The notes under the pieces were generated by a model. It was not told the origin of the DNA. It saw only the letters and a program-made list of their open reading frames with translations, and ran no database searches. From a virus: DNA of 64,000 nucleotides. The position numbers and the translations under genes are program-made. The stretch covers positions 29,791 to 93,790 of the IMG/VR virus record IMGVR_UViG_3300031873_000003; one strand, written 5' to 3'. Numbering within the stretch: position 1 is the first letter of the stretch; each line of letters starts with the position of its first letter. Below, piece by piece: positions 10,101 to 19,977 of this stretch.

Positions 10101-10229
10101 TCGGTCTCTCCTTCGGCATCCGAGAGTCCATCAAGGTCGCCCTCAATATCTCCTTCTATGTCTCCGTCTATTGAGGGCGCTATGCTTTTGCAAAATTTTC
10201 ATTACTACTATCAAAACATAGGGGCTTGA
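7122..10229 (+). CDS. beta-helix (pectin-lyase-like) domain protein with a ~700-aa SPSx repeat tract
   Basis: Asn/Cys-ladder N-terminal domain ending DIDGTTRP..WDIGADEY, followed by SPS[LVIAE] repeats. Confidence 0.8.
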   Translation: MATEVTHIVDPGEGAGHDYHSLSLWEAGEVGDLTGVRDEIAVAKCRATDGDADTTAVVLDGWITSPTQYIKIWTDPAESHRHDGKWNTSKYRLTVSGAYTIQNSENYTKIDGIQFSGNTGAIYRGLAIGALSNCILNGLNTNNLSGVLQESGGAVTCWNVVVFNLGTGASGFISYTNGSNFRNCTAFNCDNVGIENGYADAVATNCVALTCGSCFDGGIVGNYNCSSDTTAPGANSLKSKSAANNFVDIGAGTEDLHLKLGADCIDTGTDLSAYFTTDIDGTTRPTGANTWDIGADEYVAGAESLSPSASPSLSPSPSLSPSASLSPSESPSLSPSASLSPSASLSSSLSPSTSPSKSPSKSPSTSPSRSPSKSPSRSPSASPSLSPSASASPSLSPSISPSISPSGSPSLSASISPSESPSLSPSASVSPSVSPSVSPSASPSMSPSVSPSASPSVSPSLSPSASISPSLSPSASPSESPSESPSLSPSASVSPSELPSVSPSISPSGSPSESPSLSPSVSPSESFSESPSESPSLLPSASVSPSLSPSASVSPSESPSLSPSISPSVSPSASPSLSPSASISPSVSPSVSPSESPSLSPSASVSPSVSPSLSPSISPSISPSLSPSVSPSKSPSLSPSASLSPSVSPSVSPSVSPSISPSVSPSLSPSASVSPSISPSLSPSISPSVSPSVSPSISPSISPSESPSFSPSVSPSVSPSVSPSISPSLSPSLSPSVSPSVSPSISPSASPSMSPSLSPSASVSPSMSPSASPSLSPSISPSVSPSVSPSISPSVSPSVSPSISPSLSPSLSPSKSPSLSPSASLSPSLSPSLSPSESPSLLPSASLSPSLSPSASPSVSPSESPSLSPSASVSPSISPSLSASESPSVSPSFSPSESPSLSPSVSLSISPSISPSVSPSKSPSVSPSESPSLSPSISPSLSPSASVSPSISPSLSLSESPSVSYSLSPSASPSLSPSISPSESASLSPSISPSVSPSASESPSRSPSISPSMSPSIEGAMLLQNFHYYYQNIGA
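8031..10170 (+). repeat. coding tandem repeat, SPSx tetrapeptide (12-nt period, codon-degenerate)
   Basis: Direct translation; Ser encoded by both TCN and AGY. Confidence 0.95.
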
Positions 10230-10230
10230 T

Positions 10231-10932
10231 ATGTATGAACTAAAAACCAATACAGCAGTAAGAATACCGGTTGGGCCATTCGTTGACCCTACAGACGGTA
10301 AAACCGCAGAGACATCATTAGTTGTGACTGATATATCTGTCCAGCTTTATCAAACCAAGACAGACGGTACAGCCGTTGTTCGTGCTCAATTCGCCCCTAC
10401 CTCCTCTGGTGGTAATAATGACATGGCCTTAGTTGCAAGTTCAACCGACGGAATGTACGACTTGGAGTTGACGGCCAATCAACTTAATTGGCTTGGGAAT
10501 GGTCGAATCACGTTCTACGATATTGATGGAGCCTTGGTTCACTGGATAGATGTCCAAGTTGTAAATGCTGATTATTTTAATGGTAAGTATGGAACGTCGG
10601 GGGATATTTGGTCAAAGGTTTTACCTGGAACCTATGGAGCAACCGAGGCAGGACATATTTTGGCTGATATAAAAACAAAAACAGATACTATTGGGGGAGC
10701 GGGAGCCCTTGCCTGGACATACACTCTAACGGACGAAGGTACGGGAGACCCCATCGATGGCGCAGAGGTCTGGATAACCACGGATTCATTAGGATCAAAT
10801 ATTGTTGCGTCAGGGGTAACAAATACCTTTGGGGTCGTAAACTTTACATTGGATGCAGGAAGTTACTTTGTTTGGAGGAAAAAGGCAGGATGGAATTTTA
10901 GTCCAGAGCCGGATACCGAAATAGTTTCTTAA
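10231..10932 (+). CDS. putative virion protein with C-terminal Ig/carboxypeptidase-regulatory-like domain
   Basis: GDPIDGAEVWIT...GVTNTFGVVNFTLDAGSY pattern. Confidence 0.55.
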   Translation: MYELKTNTAVRIPVGPFVDPTDGKTAETSLVVTDISVQLYQTKTDGTAVVRAQFAPTSSGGNNDMALVASSTDGMYDLELTANQLNWLGNGRITFYDIDGALVHWIDVQVVNADYFNGKYGTSGDIWSKVLPGTYGATEAGHILADIKTKTDTIGGAGALAWTYTLTDEGTGDPIDGAEVWITTDSLGSNIVASGVTNTFGVVNFTLDAGSYFVWRKKAGWNFSPEPDTEIVS

Positions 10933-10942
10933 GGGGGGTTAA

Positions 10943-11968
10943 ATGGCTGGAACAGGCACAGGGAAAAGGGTAAGCGTGACTCCGGTTGCGGGGGTAACAA
11001 GTCCTCCGGCAGGAGCCATGAGTATCGGGGGAGATGGTGGCATCATTGACCTGGCAAGAAAGGCCATCCTTGATGATGACATTGAACCCTACTTATGGAG
11101 TGGGATTGAACTCATCCACTACTTGAACATTATTACCGAAGAGTTATACCGAGAAACGCTTCTAATTGAAGATCGCACCACAACCGCACTTACACAACTG
11201 AAACTCTTGAGCAATCTTAGCGACTATACCATTGACGATAGGGTATTGAACGTCAAGGAAGGCGCCAAGCTGTCCGAGAACACAAACGACAATTATGGCG
11301 TGCTAAAACGAACCTCCCAGGCTTATATGGATCAACTCAAGGCAACATGGCGAGAAATCACAGACATCGCTCCAACACGATTTATCCCTGATTGTGGTAG
11401 AGGGTCTTTGTCTATCTATCCCAAATTTGACGATGAGGGAGAAGTTGTTGGCGCATCAAACATTACTTTCACAGCAGCCACCAAGAAGATATCTAAGGTG
11501 GGAGAGGATTTTACCGCCCACTACGTGGTGGGAGACGAGATTAATGTTTCTGGAACAACCTACAACGACGGATATGTGACGGCAACATTAGTGAGTGCAA
11601 CGGAAATTACTGTTACAGAGACACTTGTTAATGAGACGCTTACCTCGGCAACCTTGCGGAAGGTTCGTGATACCCTTCTGATGGTAGTCAATCGCCTTCC
11701 TCTTACGCCATTTGTTGTTGCTGATATTACTGCTGTTACCGCTGTTTATCCTGAGATTAAGACCATGTATCATAGGGAGCTTCTTTACGGGATTGGGAGG
11801 GAAGCGTTTCAGAAAGAGGACACCCAAACCCTTGACCTGGCAGCGGCGGATCGAAACGGGAAGAGGTTTGAGGAATTCAAGGATAAAGTCAAGAGGAGCT
11901 TGGTGTTCCTAAATCGATCGGAAAGGCAGGGGAGTTCGGGGAGTTCGGGGATTTGGAAGAGTTATTGA
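10943..11968 (+). CDS. putative head-tail adaptor protein
   Basis: Helical N-terminal motif LWSGIELIHYLN, SIYPK, C-terminal YHRELLYG, as in podovirus adaptor proteins. Confidence 0.55.
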   Translation: MAGTGTGKRVSVTPVAGVTSPPAGAMSIGGDGGIIDLARKAILDDDIEPYLWSGIELIHYLNIITEELYRETLLIEDRTTTALTQLKLLSNLSDYTIDDRVLNVKEGAKLSENTNDNYGVLKRTSQAYMDQLKATWREITDIAPTRFIPDCGRGSLSIYPKFDDEGEVVGASNITFTAATKKISKVGEDFTAHYVVGDEINVSGTTYNDGYVTATLVSATEITVTETLVNETLTSATLRKVRDTLLMVVNRLPLTPFVVADITAVTAVYPEIKTMYHRELLYGIGREAFQKEDTQTLDLAAADRNGKRFEEFKDKVKRSLVFLNRSERQGSSGSSGIWKSY

Positions 11969-11983
11969 TCAAAAAGGCGTGAA

Positions 11984-12988
11984 ATGTCAAACATAACCAC
12001 GAGCGTGATTATACCGAGCAGAAATTGCAAGTATGTGTCCCGCACAATACAGGACGTTTTTGAAAAGGCAGGGGGACCGATAGAAGTGATTTGCCTCTTA
12101 GATGGGTACTATCCCGATCCTCCAATCAAGGATCATCCTAATTTAACGATAGTCCATAAACCAGAAGTCACGGGAATGAGAAAGAGCATTAACATGGGGG
12201 TTCAGCTTGCAAAAGGAAAATATATTTGCAAAATGGATGATCATACGATGGTCGGAGAGAACTTTGATAGGATTATCAGTGAGAGTATAGATGACGACTG
12301 GCTTGCTGTCCCGAGTCGATATTCACTCGATCCAGAGAAGTGGGAGAAGGGCAGAGGACCAACTGAATACCTATTCGTTACCTACCCATACAATCACGAC
12401 AATTTGTATGGAAATGGCCTCCACGGAAAGAAGTGGATCGGGGAAGATGGTATCGGAAAGAATATGGGCAAGACTGAGTTCTATTGGATGGAGGATCATC
12501 GAAAGGATAAACGGATTGACGATTTACAAACGTTCCAGGGCTCGTTTTGGGCAATGTCGAAAGAACACTATTTCAGGATCGGAATGTTGGACGAAAAACA
12601 TTGTGATTTGATGGAGAATGAACCGCAGGAGCTGGGGTTTAAAACTTTTTTGTCGGGGGGACGTTGTGTTTTGATAAAAGACGCCTGGCACGCCCATATG
12701 CACAAAAACGAGCGTGAGTTAGACAACAGGGGACGAAGCTGGAAACTTAGTTGGCAGGCCATGAGAGACACGGGAAGGTTTCAAACTTTTGTGTGGATGA
12801 ATAATCGCTGGGCCGGGGCAACTAAAAAGATTGAAGATTTTGTGGAGCATTTCTGGCCTATCCCTAGTTGGCCGTCGGACTGGATTTCGCAAAGGGATCA
12901 GTGGAACAAGGAACACCCAGAGATGAACACAAACTTCCGGATTTTTGACCCCGATGGGCATGACGGATTACCCCTTCGGGAAACATAG
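11984..12988 (+). CDS. glycosyltransferase family 2
   Basis: SVIIPSRN, EVICLLDG, AKGKYICKMDDH. Confidence 0.85.
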   Translation: MSNITTSVIIPSRNCKYVSRTIQDVFEKAGGPIEVICLLDGYYPDPPIKDHPNLTIVHKPEVTGMRKSINMGVQLAKGKYICKMDDHTMVGENFDRIISESIDDDWLAVPSRYSLDPEKWEKGRGPTEYLFVTYPYNHDNLYGNGLHGKKWIGEDGIGKNMGKTEFYWMEDHRKDKRIDDLQTFQGSFWAMSKEHYFRIGMLDEKHCDLMENEPQELGFKTFLSGGRCVLIKDAWHAHMHKNERELDNRGRSWKLSWQAMRDTGRFQTFVWMNNRWAGATKKIEDFVEHFWPIPSWPSDWISQRDQWNKEHPEMNTNFRIFDPDGHDGLPLRET

Positions 12989-13008
12989 AGGGGCGGCGGG
13001 AAACGAAA

Positions 13009-13770
13009 ATGCGTGAACTCATTACCCTAACGGGAAGCCGAGGTTTTCTTGGAACCGCCATCAGGAAGGACATCAAATATCCTTATAGTGAGGTCGATTA
13101 CCTTATCGGAAAAGACCATAAGGACGTCATCGGAAGAAAGGGAACGTTGATCTTTATGTCGTCATGGGTGGACCAGGGAGAGTCGATGGTGAACCCCGCA
13201 AAGTATATTCAAAATAATTTAGTTTACCTTGCGATGATACTGACCAACAATGCGTTCGATCAAGTGATCTTCCCCTCTTCCTGTATGGTCTACGACAAGG
13301 ACGGGAAATTGGAACCAAGCTCAGTGTATGGCTTTACGAAACTCGCTGGAGAGAAGTTGATTAAAATTTACTCTAAGAATTACTGGATATTGAGGATCGG
13401 GAACCCCTACGGGCCGAACGACCATCGATCGGTCTTTCGTGAACTGGCAAGATGCAAAAAAGAAGGGGATACGTTTATAATCTCTGGCGGAAAGATCGTT
13501 AGGGATTATTTTCCTGTTGCTCATATCGCAAAGCTTGTGAACAGGATATTGGACGGAGGTATCGAGCCAGGTATTTATAATGTTGGGTCTGGAAACCACG
13601 TCGTGACATCGGAATATTTAAAAATGTTTTGTGTGAACCATGCGATTAAGCATGTGGTGGTTGATGGGACGGGGACGCTTGCTTCCGGGTACGCAGCCAA
13701 GGATCACATGTTGGCCTGTAGGCAAAAGAAAATATCCGACAGAGAATGGAAGGATTACTATTTGGGATAG
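13009..13770 (+). CDS. NAD-dependent epimerase/dehydratase
   Basis: TGSRGFLG, SS..VY, YGFTK, NPYGP. Confidence 0.85.
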   Translation: MRELITLTGSRGFLGTAIRKDIKYPYSEVDYLIGKDHKDVIGRKGTLIFMSSWVDQGESMVNPAKYIQNNLVYLAMILTNNAFDQVIFPSSCMVYDKDGKLEPSSVYGFTKLAGEKLIKIYSKNYWILRIGNPYGPNDHRSVFRELARCKKEGDTFIISGGKIVRDYFPVAHIAKLVNRILDGGIEPGIYNVGSGNHVVTSEYLKMFCVNHAIKHVVVDGTGTLASGYAAKDHMLACRQKKISDREWKDYYLG

Positions 13771-13780
13771 GGGTATCATC

Positions 13781-14440
13781 GTGAGTGACATAACTCTTCT
13801 GTACTATACAGCAAACAGAATACCTGATCGCTTTGCGGTGAACGTCAGAAACCACTTGATTATAACGGCACAAGGGAAGCCTATTATCAGTATCTCCCAA
13901 CAACCTATCAATCTTGGAGAAAACATATGTGTTGGTGATATAGGATATACCGTTCCAAATGTCTATGCACAGATTTTGGTGGGAGCCAAGATGGCAAAAA
14001 CACAGTACGTTGCTTGTTGTGAAGACGATACCCTGTATGTCCCGGAGCATTTTGACTATATTCCGCCAGACGATACGTTTGGATACAATAAGAACAGGTG
14101 GAATCTTACCGAAAGCCATTTCTATTTACAGTCTCGAAGGTCAAACATGTGTGTATGCATAGTTCCAACCGAATCGATGATAAGGACGCTTGAGGAAAGG
14201 GTAACTAAGTTTGGTTCTGGAGGGCCTCCTCACCTTGGAGAACCTGGGAGACGTGAGAGAACGATGGGAATCAATACAGTAAAGGCTTGTAAGTTCAACA
14301 CTATTGATCCTGTGTTACAAATTAATCATGCCATATCCCTTGGTGGAATTCGGAGGCGGGCGAATTACAACGTAATCCAGGCAGAACATCCTGCGTGGGG
14401 GAAAGCCTCCGCTTTATGGGAAAAAATGGTGAATGGATAG
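13781..14440 (+). CDS. glycosyltransferase (GT-A fold)
   Basis: GTG start; YVACCEDDTLY acidic motif; paralogous to the C-terminal domain of 23113..25587. Confidence 0.7.
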   Translation: MSDITLLYYTANRIPDRFAVNVRNHLIITAQGKPIISISQQPINLGENICVGDIGYTVPNVYAQILVGAKMAKTQYVACCEDDTLYVPEHFDYIPPDDTFGYNKNRWNLTESHFYLQSRRSNMCVCIVPTESMIRTLEERVTKFGSGGPPHLGEPGRRERTMGINTVKACKFNTIDPVLQINHAISLGGIRRRANYNVIQAEHPAWGKASALWEKMVNG

Positions 14441-14723
14441 CAACGACTGGTTCAGTTGGAGCCCCGAAACAGAAGAGCGGATGAATTTTGTTGGTGGACG
14501 GTATACTGCCTGCGAAGTAATCAGGCAAGCATACCGTAGGATTCAAGACCCGGAAGTAAAGTTGATGTTAAGGATTGCTACAACGATGTGCAAGTCGATG
14601 GCAACAAGAATCACCAAATATGATGGGCGAAGGTGGGGAAAGGATATATACCCGCTTAATCCATACTTAAATAGAGAAACGGAAATGTTGGTGAAGGTTG
14701 ACATCCTCCCCCCACTAAAGTAG
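14433..14723 (+). CDS. small helical protein, paralog of 25577..25819; C-terminus altered by the IS insertion
   Basis: C(E/Q)xxRxxYxxxxDPE(V/I)KL motif shared with 25577; last codons come from the IS end. Confidence 0.65.
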   Translation: MDSNDWFSWSPETEERMNFVGGRYTACEVIRQAYRRIQDPEVKLMLRIATTMCKSMATRITKYDGRRWGKDIYPLNPYLNRETEMLVKVDILPPLK

Positions 14724-16032
14724 GGGGATTCCCAGAAAGGTTAAACAGAGTGCTTAACATTTCCAAGTTGGTTCACGTTTCTACGAGGTCTGCCTTTTCG
14801 AGCCGAAGCCCGAACTGGTCTTGTAACCTCTCCACGCGCTTTTACGGAGTGTCCCTCCGCATCACGGATATTTATCGCTGCGTTATCATCGCGGTCGTGG
14901 TGAGTCTTACACTCGGGGCAATACCACTCACGAATGCTCAAGGGAAGCGATTCCAGTATGTACCCGCAGACATTACAGCGTTTACTACTTGGGAAAAATG
15001 GATCGATAATCCGAAGATCCTTTTCGTACCAGTCGCATTTGTAGGTAAGCATTCCCCGAAACATGCCAAAGGCGGCATCGCCGATAACTCTTGCCAGTTT
15101 GTGATTTCTGACCATACCTCGAACATTCAGATCTTCGATTTGAATTACGTCAAAGCGACGAACCAAATCGGTGGTCACTTTGTAGAGGTGGTCTTTCCGC
15201 ATGTTAGCAATATGCTCTTGAAGACGAGCAACCTTGAGAATAGCCCGGCGCCGTCTACCGCTCCCCTTCTTCTTCTTGGCAAGCTTCCGCTGCAGCTTCT
15301 TCAGCTTCAGGAGATTCGTCCCAAGAGCCCTGGGGTTTGGGATTTGTTCGCCATTGGACAAGGTAGCCAGACGAGAAACGCCGAGGTCGATGCCGATTTT
15401 CAAGCCAGTCTTCGGAAGGGGCAGCCTCACTTCATCGAGGCAGAGAGTAACAAAGTATTTCCCACTTGGCAACTTGGTTATTGTCACCGTGGTGGGGATA
15501 CTCTGGAAACCTCTGCTCCAGTGAATGTCAAGTCTGCCAATGCCGGAGATGCTCAAATTGCGATTGGCAGCATCCCACTTGAACGCGCTTCGGGTGTACT
15601 CAGCGGTCTGCTTGCCTCGCTTCTTCTTGAATGTCGGATACTTCGCAGTCTTGTTCCAGAAGTTGATGTAAGCAGTCTGGAGATGCCGAAGCGCTTGCTG
15701 GGTCGGGACGCAAGAGATCTCGTTGAGCCATTCGGTTTCCGGTTGCCTTTTCAGTTCGGTGAGCATAGCGGAAGATTCGTTGTACCCAATGCTTCGGTTC
15801 TCTTTGAACCAAGCATCAGTACGGATGCGCAGAAAACGATTGAAGACGAACCGACAGGAACCGAAAATCCGAGAAAGGCTCTCGGCCTGTTGTTTTGTCG
15901 GGTAAACCCGGTATGTGTGTCTCATCTTCACAATACTATTGTATCTTGTGTAAATTCAGAAGTCAAACAAAAATAAAAGATGGCATTTCCTCCCCCGGCT
16001 AAAGTCGGGGGTATCCATGCCGAAAAATTCTC
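14698..16032 (-). mobile_element. tnpB-only IS605/IS1341-type element inserted after TTCAT
   Basis: Right end ...GGGGGAGGATGTCAA; left-end hairpin at about 15990-16012; the empty site reconstitutes ...GTGAAGG|ATGAAC. Confidence 0.8.
14741..15931 (-). CDS. tnpB: TnpB RNA-guided nuclease
   Basis: N-terminal YRVYPT motif; RuvC residues GIDLG, IEDL, DRDDNAA; CxxC..CxxC zinc finger; TTGACT-17-TACAAT promoter upstream. Confidence 0.95.
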   Translation of the reverse strand: MKMRHTYRVYPTKQQAESLSRIFGSCRFVFNRFLRIRTDAWFKENRSIGYNESSAMLTELKRQPETEWLNEISCVPTQQALRHLQTAYINFWNKTAKYPTFKKKRGKQTAEYTRSAFKWDAANRNLSISGIGRLDIHWSRGFQSIPTTVTITKLPSGKYFVTLCLDEVRLPLPKTGLKIGIDLGVSRLATLSNGEQIPNPRALGTNLLKLKKLQRKLAKKKKGSGRRRRAILKVARLQEHIANMRKDHLYKVTTDLVRRFDVIQIEDLNVRGMVRNHKLARVIGDAAFGMFRGMLTYKCDWYEKDLRIIDPFFPSSKRCNVCGYILESLPLSIREWYCPECKTHHDRDDNAAINIRDAEGHSVKARGEVTRPVRASARKGRPRRNVNQLGNVKHSV

Positions 16033-16782
16033 ATGAACCATCCAACCTGTGAAGTAATAACGATGTGGTATAACGATGTGTTTCTGGCGCCATTTTTCCT
16101 GAAACATTATTCGTATGCAGACCATATTCGAGTCATTATAGATGCGGATACAGATGATAAGGCAGAATGCGAGGCGCTTGTTCATCAGTATCCAAACGCA
16201 TCCGCAGAGTTCTTCAGTTTTCCTGATGGGTATAACGTAGATGTTCGGCAAAATTTAATCTTTTCCGCATGTAATGAATCTAAGGCTGACTGGGTGATTG
16301 TGCCAGATTCAGATGAGTTTATATTTTGTGGAGATATGCATCAGTTTCTATCATCTCAAACGGCAGACATAGTTGTTGTTAGGCTATACCAGGTTTTTAG
16401 GAATAGTTTAGACGCAGACCTTGATTTATCTCAACCAATAGAGGGTCAGCGTAGACATGGAGACCCAAATTATGTCAAGGGAAGAAACTCGCATGGAAGC
16501 AAACCAATCATCATAAGGACAGGCAAGAAGATACACCTTATGCCGGGAAATCATAATGTTTGGAATAAACATCGCTACACGGTAAGCAAAGATATTCTTA
16601 TTGGCCAGCACTGGCAAATGGCTGATCCTTGTTTTTGTGTTCCTCGAAGGCTGTCGAGGAGCAAGAGGTTAGGCGATGCAAGCCTCCCGACCGGATATGC
16701 TTTTCATGACCTTCATGTGACCGAAGAATATATTCTATCTCAATGTAATGCTCACTTAAACGATGGAGAATTGCCGGCTTGA
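16033..16782 (+). CDS. glycosyltransferase (GT2/GT92-like)
   Basis: FFLKHY, DWVIVPDSDEF, PGNH motifs. Confidence 0.8.
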   Translation: MNHPTCEVITMWYNDVFLAPFFLKHYSYADHIRVIIDADTDDKAECEALVHQYPNASAEFFSFPDGYNVDVRQNLIFSACNESKADWVIVPDSDEFIFCGDMHQFLSSQTADIVVVRLYQVFRNSLDADLDLSQPIEGQRRHGDPNYVKGRNSHGSKPIIIRTGKKIHLMPGNHNVWNKHRYTVSKDILIGQHWQMADPCFCVPRRLSRSKRLGDASLPTGYAFHDLHVTEEYILSQCNAHLNDGELPA

Positions 16783-17339
16783 AAGCAACAGACATACCTG
16801 GATGGATGGACGAAAAAGAGATTGAGTGGCTCGCAGAACAGGCCAAGCACCACAATCTTATCGTTGAAATCGGAACGTGGCTTGGAAGGTCTGCCTATGC
16901 GATGGGAGAAGTAACGCCAGGAAAAATTATCACTATTGATAGTTTTAAGATGGAGGGTGTTCCTCCGAAAAGGTGGCCAACGGCAATAGAGGCACACAAG
17001 GAAATGGAAACCGATCCGGATTGGATTTATCGCCGTTGCCTGGATAACCTTGATGAACTTATAACAAGCGGAAAGGTAGAGGTTATTCGGGGAGATAGCC
17101 TTAAGGTTATCAAGGATTTGGATGGTATAAAAGGTCAGGTGGACATGGTATTTATTGATGGAAGTCATGATTATGTTTCTGTTCAAGAGGATATCTATAA
17201 ATATCGGCCTTTACTAAAAAAGGGTGGGTTACTGTGCGGGCACGACTTGGCTCACCAGGTAAAAAAGGCGGTTAGTCGCTTAGTTCCTGACTATAAGTTA
17301 GTTGCAGGAACTTTGATCTGGGCAGCAATAGAGAGTTAA
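16779..17339 (+). CDS. class I SAM-dependent methyltransferase (Methyltransf_24-like)
   Basis: VEIGTWLGRS, FIDGSHDY, GGLLCGHD. Confidence 0.85.
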   Translation: MKATDIPGWMDEKEIEWLAEQAKHHNLIVEIGTWLGRSAYAMGEVTPGKIITIDSFKMEGVPPKRWPTAIEAHKEMETDPDWIYRRCLDNLDELITSGKVEVIRGDSLKVIKDLDGIKGQVDMVFIDGSHDYVSVQEDIYKYRPLLKKGGLLCGHDLAHQVKKAVSRLVPDYKLVAGTLIWAAIES

Positions 17340-17341
17340 GG

Positions 17342-17935
17342 GTGATGGGAACCGATAACGAGATACGTAATAGGTTTAGGGTTCGTTCTGGGGACACCCT
17401 TCCCCACAAGACACATAATTGCACCAGGGAAACCTTGGCTAAATTTATGGGAGATATGGCATTTCAAGCAGGGGCGGAAATAGGGGTTGCGAAGGGAGAC
17501 TTTTCTCTCGTTCTTTGTTCTTACATTCCCAATCTAAAACTGAAACTGATAGACCCCTGGGATACATTTGGAAGACGTACGACAAGGGAAAGTAACGAGA
17601 AGAACTTACAAAGGGCCATGAACAGACTGAAAGGGTTTCCAAATTGCGAATTTATACGGAAGGGCAGCTTGGATGCGGTCAAAGATGTTCCAGACAATTC
17701 CCTTGATTTTGTCTATATCGATGAGATGCATGAATTCGACCCTGTGATGATGGACTTGATCCAGTGGAGCCCAAAGGTAAGGTCTGGGGGGATTGTGTCT
17801 GGTCATGATTACTCGAATGTCTTCTATCAGTTTGGCGTAATACAAGCAGTGCATTCCTATACATACATACATAATATATATAATTGGTATATAACTTCAG
17901 ACGATGTACATCCGTCATTTTTTTGGGTAAAGTGA
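17342..17935 (+). CDS. class I SAM-dependent methyltransferase (Methyltransf_24-like)
   Basis: AEIGVAKG, DFVYID..H, GGIVSGHDY. Confidence 0.85.
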   Translation: MMGTDNEIRNRFRVRSGDTLPHKTHNCTRETLAKFMGDMAFQAGAEIGVAKGDFSLVLCSYIPNLKLKLIDPWDTFGRRTTRESNEKNLQRAMNRLKGFPNCEFIRKGSLDAVKDVPDNSLDFVYIDEMHEFDPVMMDLIQWSPKVRSGGIVSGHDYSNVFYQFGVIQAVHSYTYIHNIYNWYITSDDVHPSFFWVK

Positions 17936-17936
17936 A

Positions 17937-18662
17937 GTGATACTTGATATTTTAAGTGGCATGGTTAAACGGACGGACGTTGGGCTAACGGCGGCAGTGG
18001 CTATTTCAGGTGGAATAGATAGCGCCGTGATTCTTCATCATGTGGTGCATGACCTTATGGATGGGGATGGCTCTAAGGTTCATACGTTCACCGCTGTGTT
18101 TAAGAACAGTTCAGACGAAAGAGAGAAGGCCAAGAGGGTTGCTGAGTTTTATCATACTAACCATACAGAGGTTTTAATATCAAGAGAGCGTATGGCCTCA
18201 ATGTTTCCGGTAGCCCTTCAACATTATCCATTTCCAAGATTTAATATATGGCCGTGGATAGTAGTTGAGGCAGTGAAAGAAAATGGACTTGGATGTTTAT
18301 TTATTGCAGAAGGGGCAGACGAACTTTTTGGGTACTCCGATCGTTCATTTCTTGAGGGATGGGCGGGTCAATTGATATGGGTATGGCCTGCATGGGAGGA
18401 ACCATGCCGACACTATGACGTTAAGCTATTCGCACCCTTTATGGCTATACAGGACAGCCGGTTGCCAGTCATAGAGTTTTATAAACCACCTAACAAGGAA
18501 TTGTTAAGGCGGGAATATCAAGGAATACTTCCAGGATTTATTATAGCACAATCTTCTACTTCTCCGGCATTAGGATTCTATAAGATGATGGGGATGACCA
18601 GGGAACAGCTTCAGTTGGAAGCCTCAAAAGTATGGCATGAAGTACATATTAGAGCTAACTAA
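17937..18662 (+). CDS. asparagine-synthase C-terminal-like PP-loop ATPase
   Basis: SGGIDS, EGADELFGY, KELLR. Confidence 0.8.
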   Translation: MILDILSGMVKRTDVGLTAAVAISGGIDSAVILHHVVHDLMDGDGSKVHTFTAVFKNSSDEREKAKRVAEFYHTNHTEVLISRERMASMFPVALQHYPFPRFNIWPWIVVEAVKENGLGCLFIAEGADELFGYSDRSFLEGWAGQLIWVWPAWEEPCRHYDVKLFAPFMAIQDSRLPVIEFYKPPNKELLRREYQGILPGFIIAQSSTSPALGFYKMMGMTREQLQLEASKVWHEVHIRAN

Positions 18663-19284
18663 TGACTGTAATATAACTTGCAGCATGTGTCCACGGAACT
18701 ATATCGATATGGAAATTGGATATATGTCTATGGGGTTATGGAAAATGATGGTAGATAGGATGCCTCTTGGATCAACCGTGCTTCCGTTTTGGAGGGGGGA
18801 ATCAACCATGCACCCAGATTTCTGCGAGATGATCAGTTGTTTGAATGGGTGCAAGGTGGTGTTGGCTACCAATGGAATTATCACTGATAAAATTATTGAT
18901 GTACTACCATACATCGACGTTATCAATGTAAGTATTCATAATCAGGATTCATACACGGGATATGTAAGTCTAAGGGATCATGTAATCGGTTCAAAACCGA
19001 TTGTCATTGCATCAATGGTTGAAGGAGAAAGGCCGCTGGTCGAGAACCCAAGAATATATAAGAAGCATAGCGTTGATGGATCATGGGGAAAGGTGGAGGA
19101 AATACCTCTTGGCCTATCAAGGGGTAATTCGTGCTCAAGGCTGAACGAGACAGTATTATCATGGGATGGTAGGTCCTGCCGGTGTTGTTATGTGTGGGAT
19201 ACCTCCAAGACTAAACAGTTTAATTATCCTGACGAAACATGTAGCACATGCAACCAGTGGGCGGGCGGAGACCGAACGTTATGA
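18637..19284 (+). CDS. radical SAM protein with a short SPASM/twitch-like Cys tail
   Basis: CNITCSMC, GES..HP, TNG, C-terminal C..CC..CxxC. Confidence 0.8.
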   Translation: MKYILELTNDCNITCSMCPRNYIDMEIGYMSMGLWKMMVDRMPLGSTVLPFWRGESTMHPDFCEMISCLNGCKVVLATNGIITDKIIDVLPYIDVINVSIHNQDSYTGYVSLRDHVIGSKPIVIASMVEGERPLVENPRIYKKHSVDGSWGKVEEIPLGLSRGNSCSRLNETVLSWDGRSCRCCYVWDTSKTKQFNYPDETCSTCNQWAGGDRTL

Positions 19285-19970
19285 GCAGAATCGGAGCATT
19301 ACTTACGTCTATAGATGAACCACAACTCCAAAGATGCCTTACGTCTATAGGTTCCCAGGCAGTTCCATTTTCAGATTTTGTGCATATCAATAACGTAGTT
19401 CCTGCGTCTGCGGCACTTAACTTAGGGATTAGCAAGGTAAGTTCGGAATGGTTCATGTATATTGGGGGAGACTTCATTCTTCACCAAAACGCAGTAGAGG
19501 TTGCGCATGGATATATCGACCATGAGGGAAATGATCAAATATGTGGATATTGCTTCGGAATTTACGATACGTTCCTGCAATGCACCACCGGATATTGCAA
19601 TGTGTACCGTACCATAGTTTTTAAGCTTGAATTGGCTCGTGACACCCTGTATGACGATAGGCAACTTTCAGGGAGATTAAGAAGGAAGGGGTGGAAGTTT
19701 AGGAAACCCAAGGAAGTTCTTGCTACGCATTTTGATGATCCAAGCGAGTTTCAGGTATTCTGTAGATTTTTCTTTCATGCTAATAAGTTTAACGATGACA
19801 ACTCTTACGTCAGGGATAGAATGAACGAGTTACTGAAGGATACGGGAAATCCGTTGTATCAGGTTGGACTTGATGCCTTAAACTTTGCAAAGCTTAAACA
19901 TAATTATCCCGGAAGCCCTAATCTGGACTTTAATAAAAAGATGTTTGAGGAATTTAAAAGGAGGGATTAA
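19281..19970 (+). CDS. glycosyltransferase family 2-like
   Basis: RCLTSI..Q, ALNLGI, WFMYIGGDFIL. Confidence 0.7.
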   Translation: MSRIGALLTSIDEPQLQRCLTSIGSQAVPFSDFVHINNVVPASAALNLGISKVSSEWFMYIGGDFILHQNAVEVAHGYIDHEGNDQICGYCFGIYDTFLQCTTGYCNVYRTIVFKLELARDTLYDDRQLSGRLRRKGWKFRKPKEVLATHFDDPSEFQVFCRFFFHANKFNDDNSYVRDRMNELLKDTGNPLYQVGLDALNFAKLKHNYPGSPNLDFNKKMFEEFKRRD

Positions 19971-19977
19971 AGAGAAG

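Noticed and set aside
8031-10170. Eukaryotic contamination (RNA polymerase II CTD or extensin)
   Set aside because: The period is four residues with almost no Tyr, and the gene is embedded in a phage operon with Shine-Dalgarno sites.
14750-15976. 408-aa + strand ORF
   Set aside because: Antisense to tnpB with no recognisable motifs.
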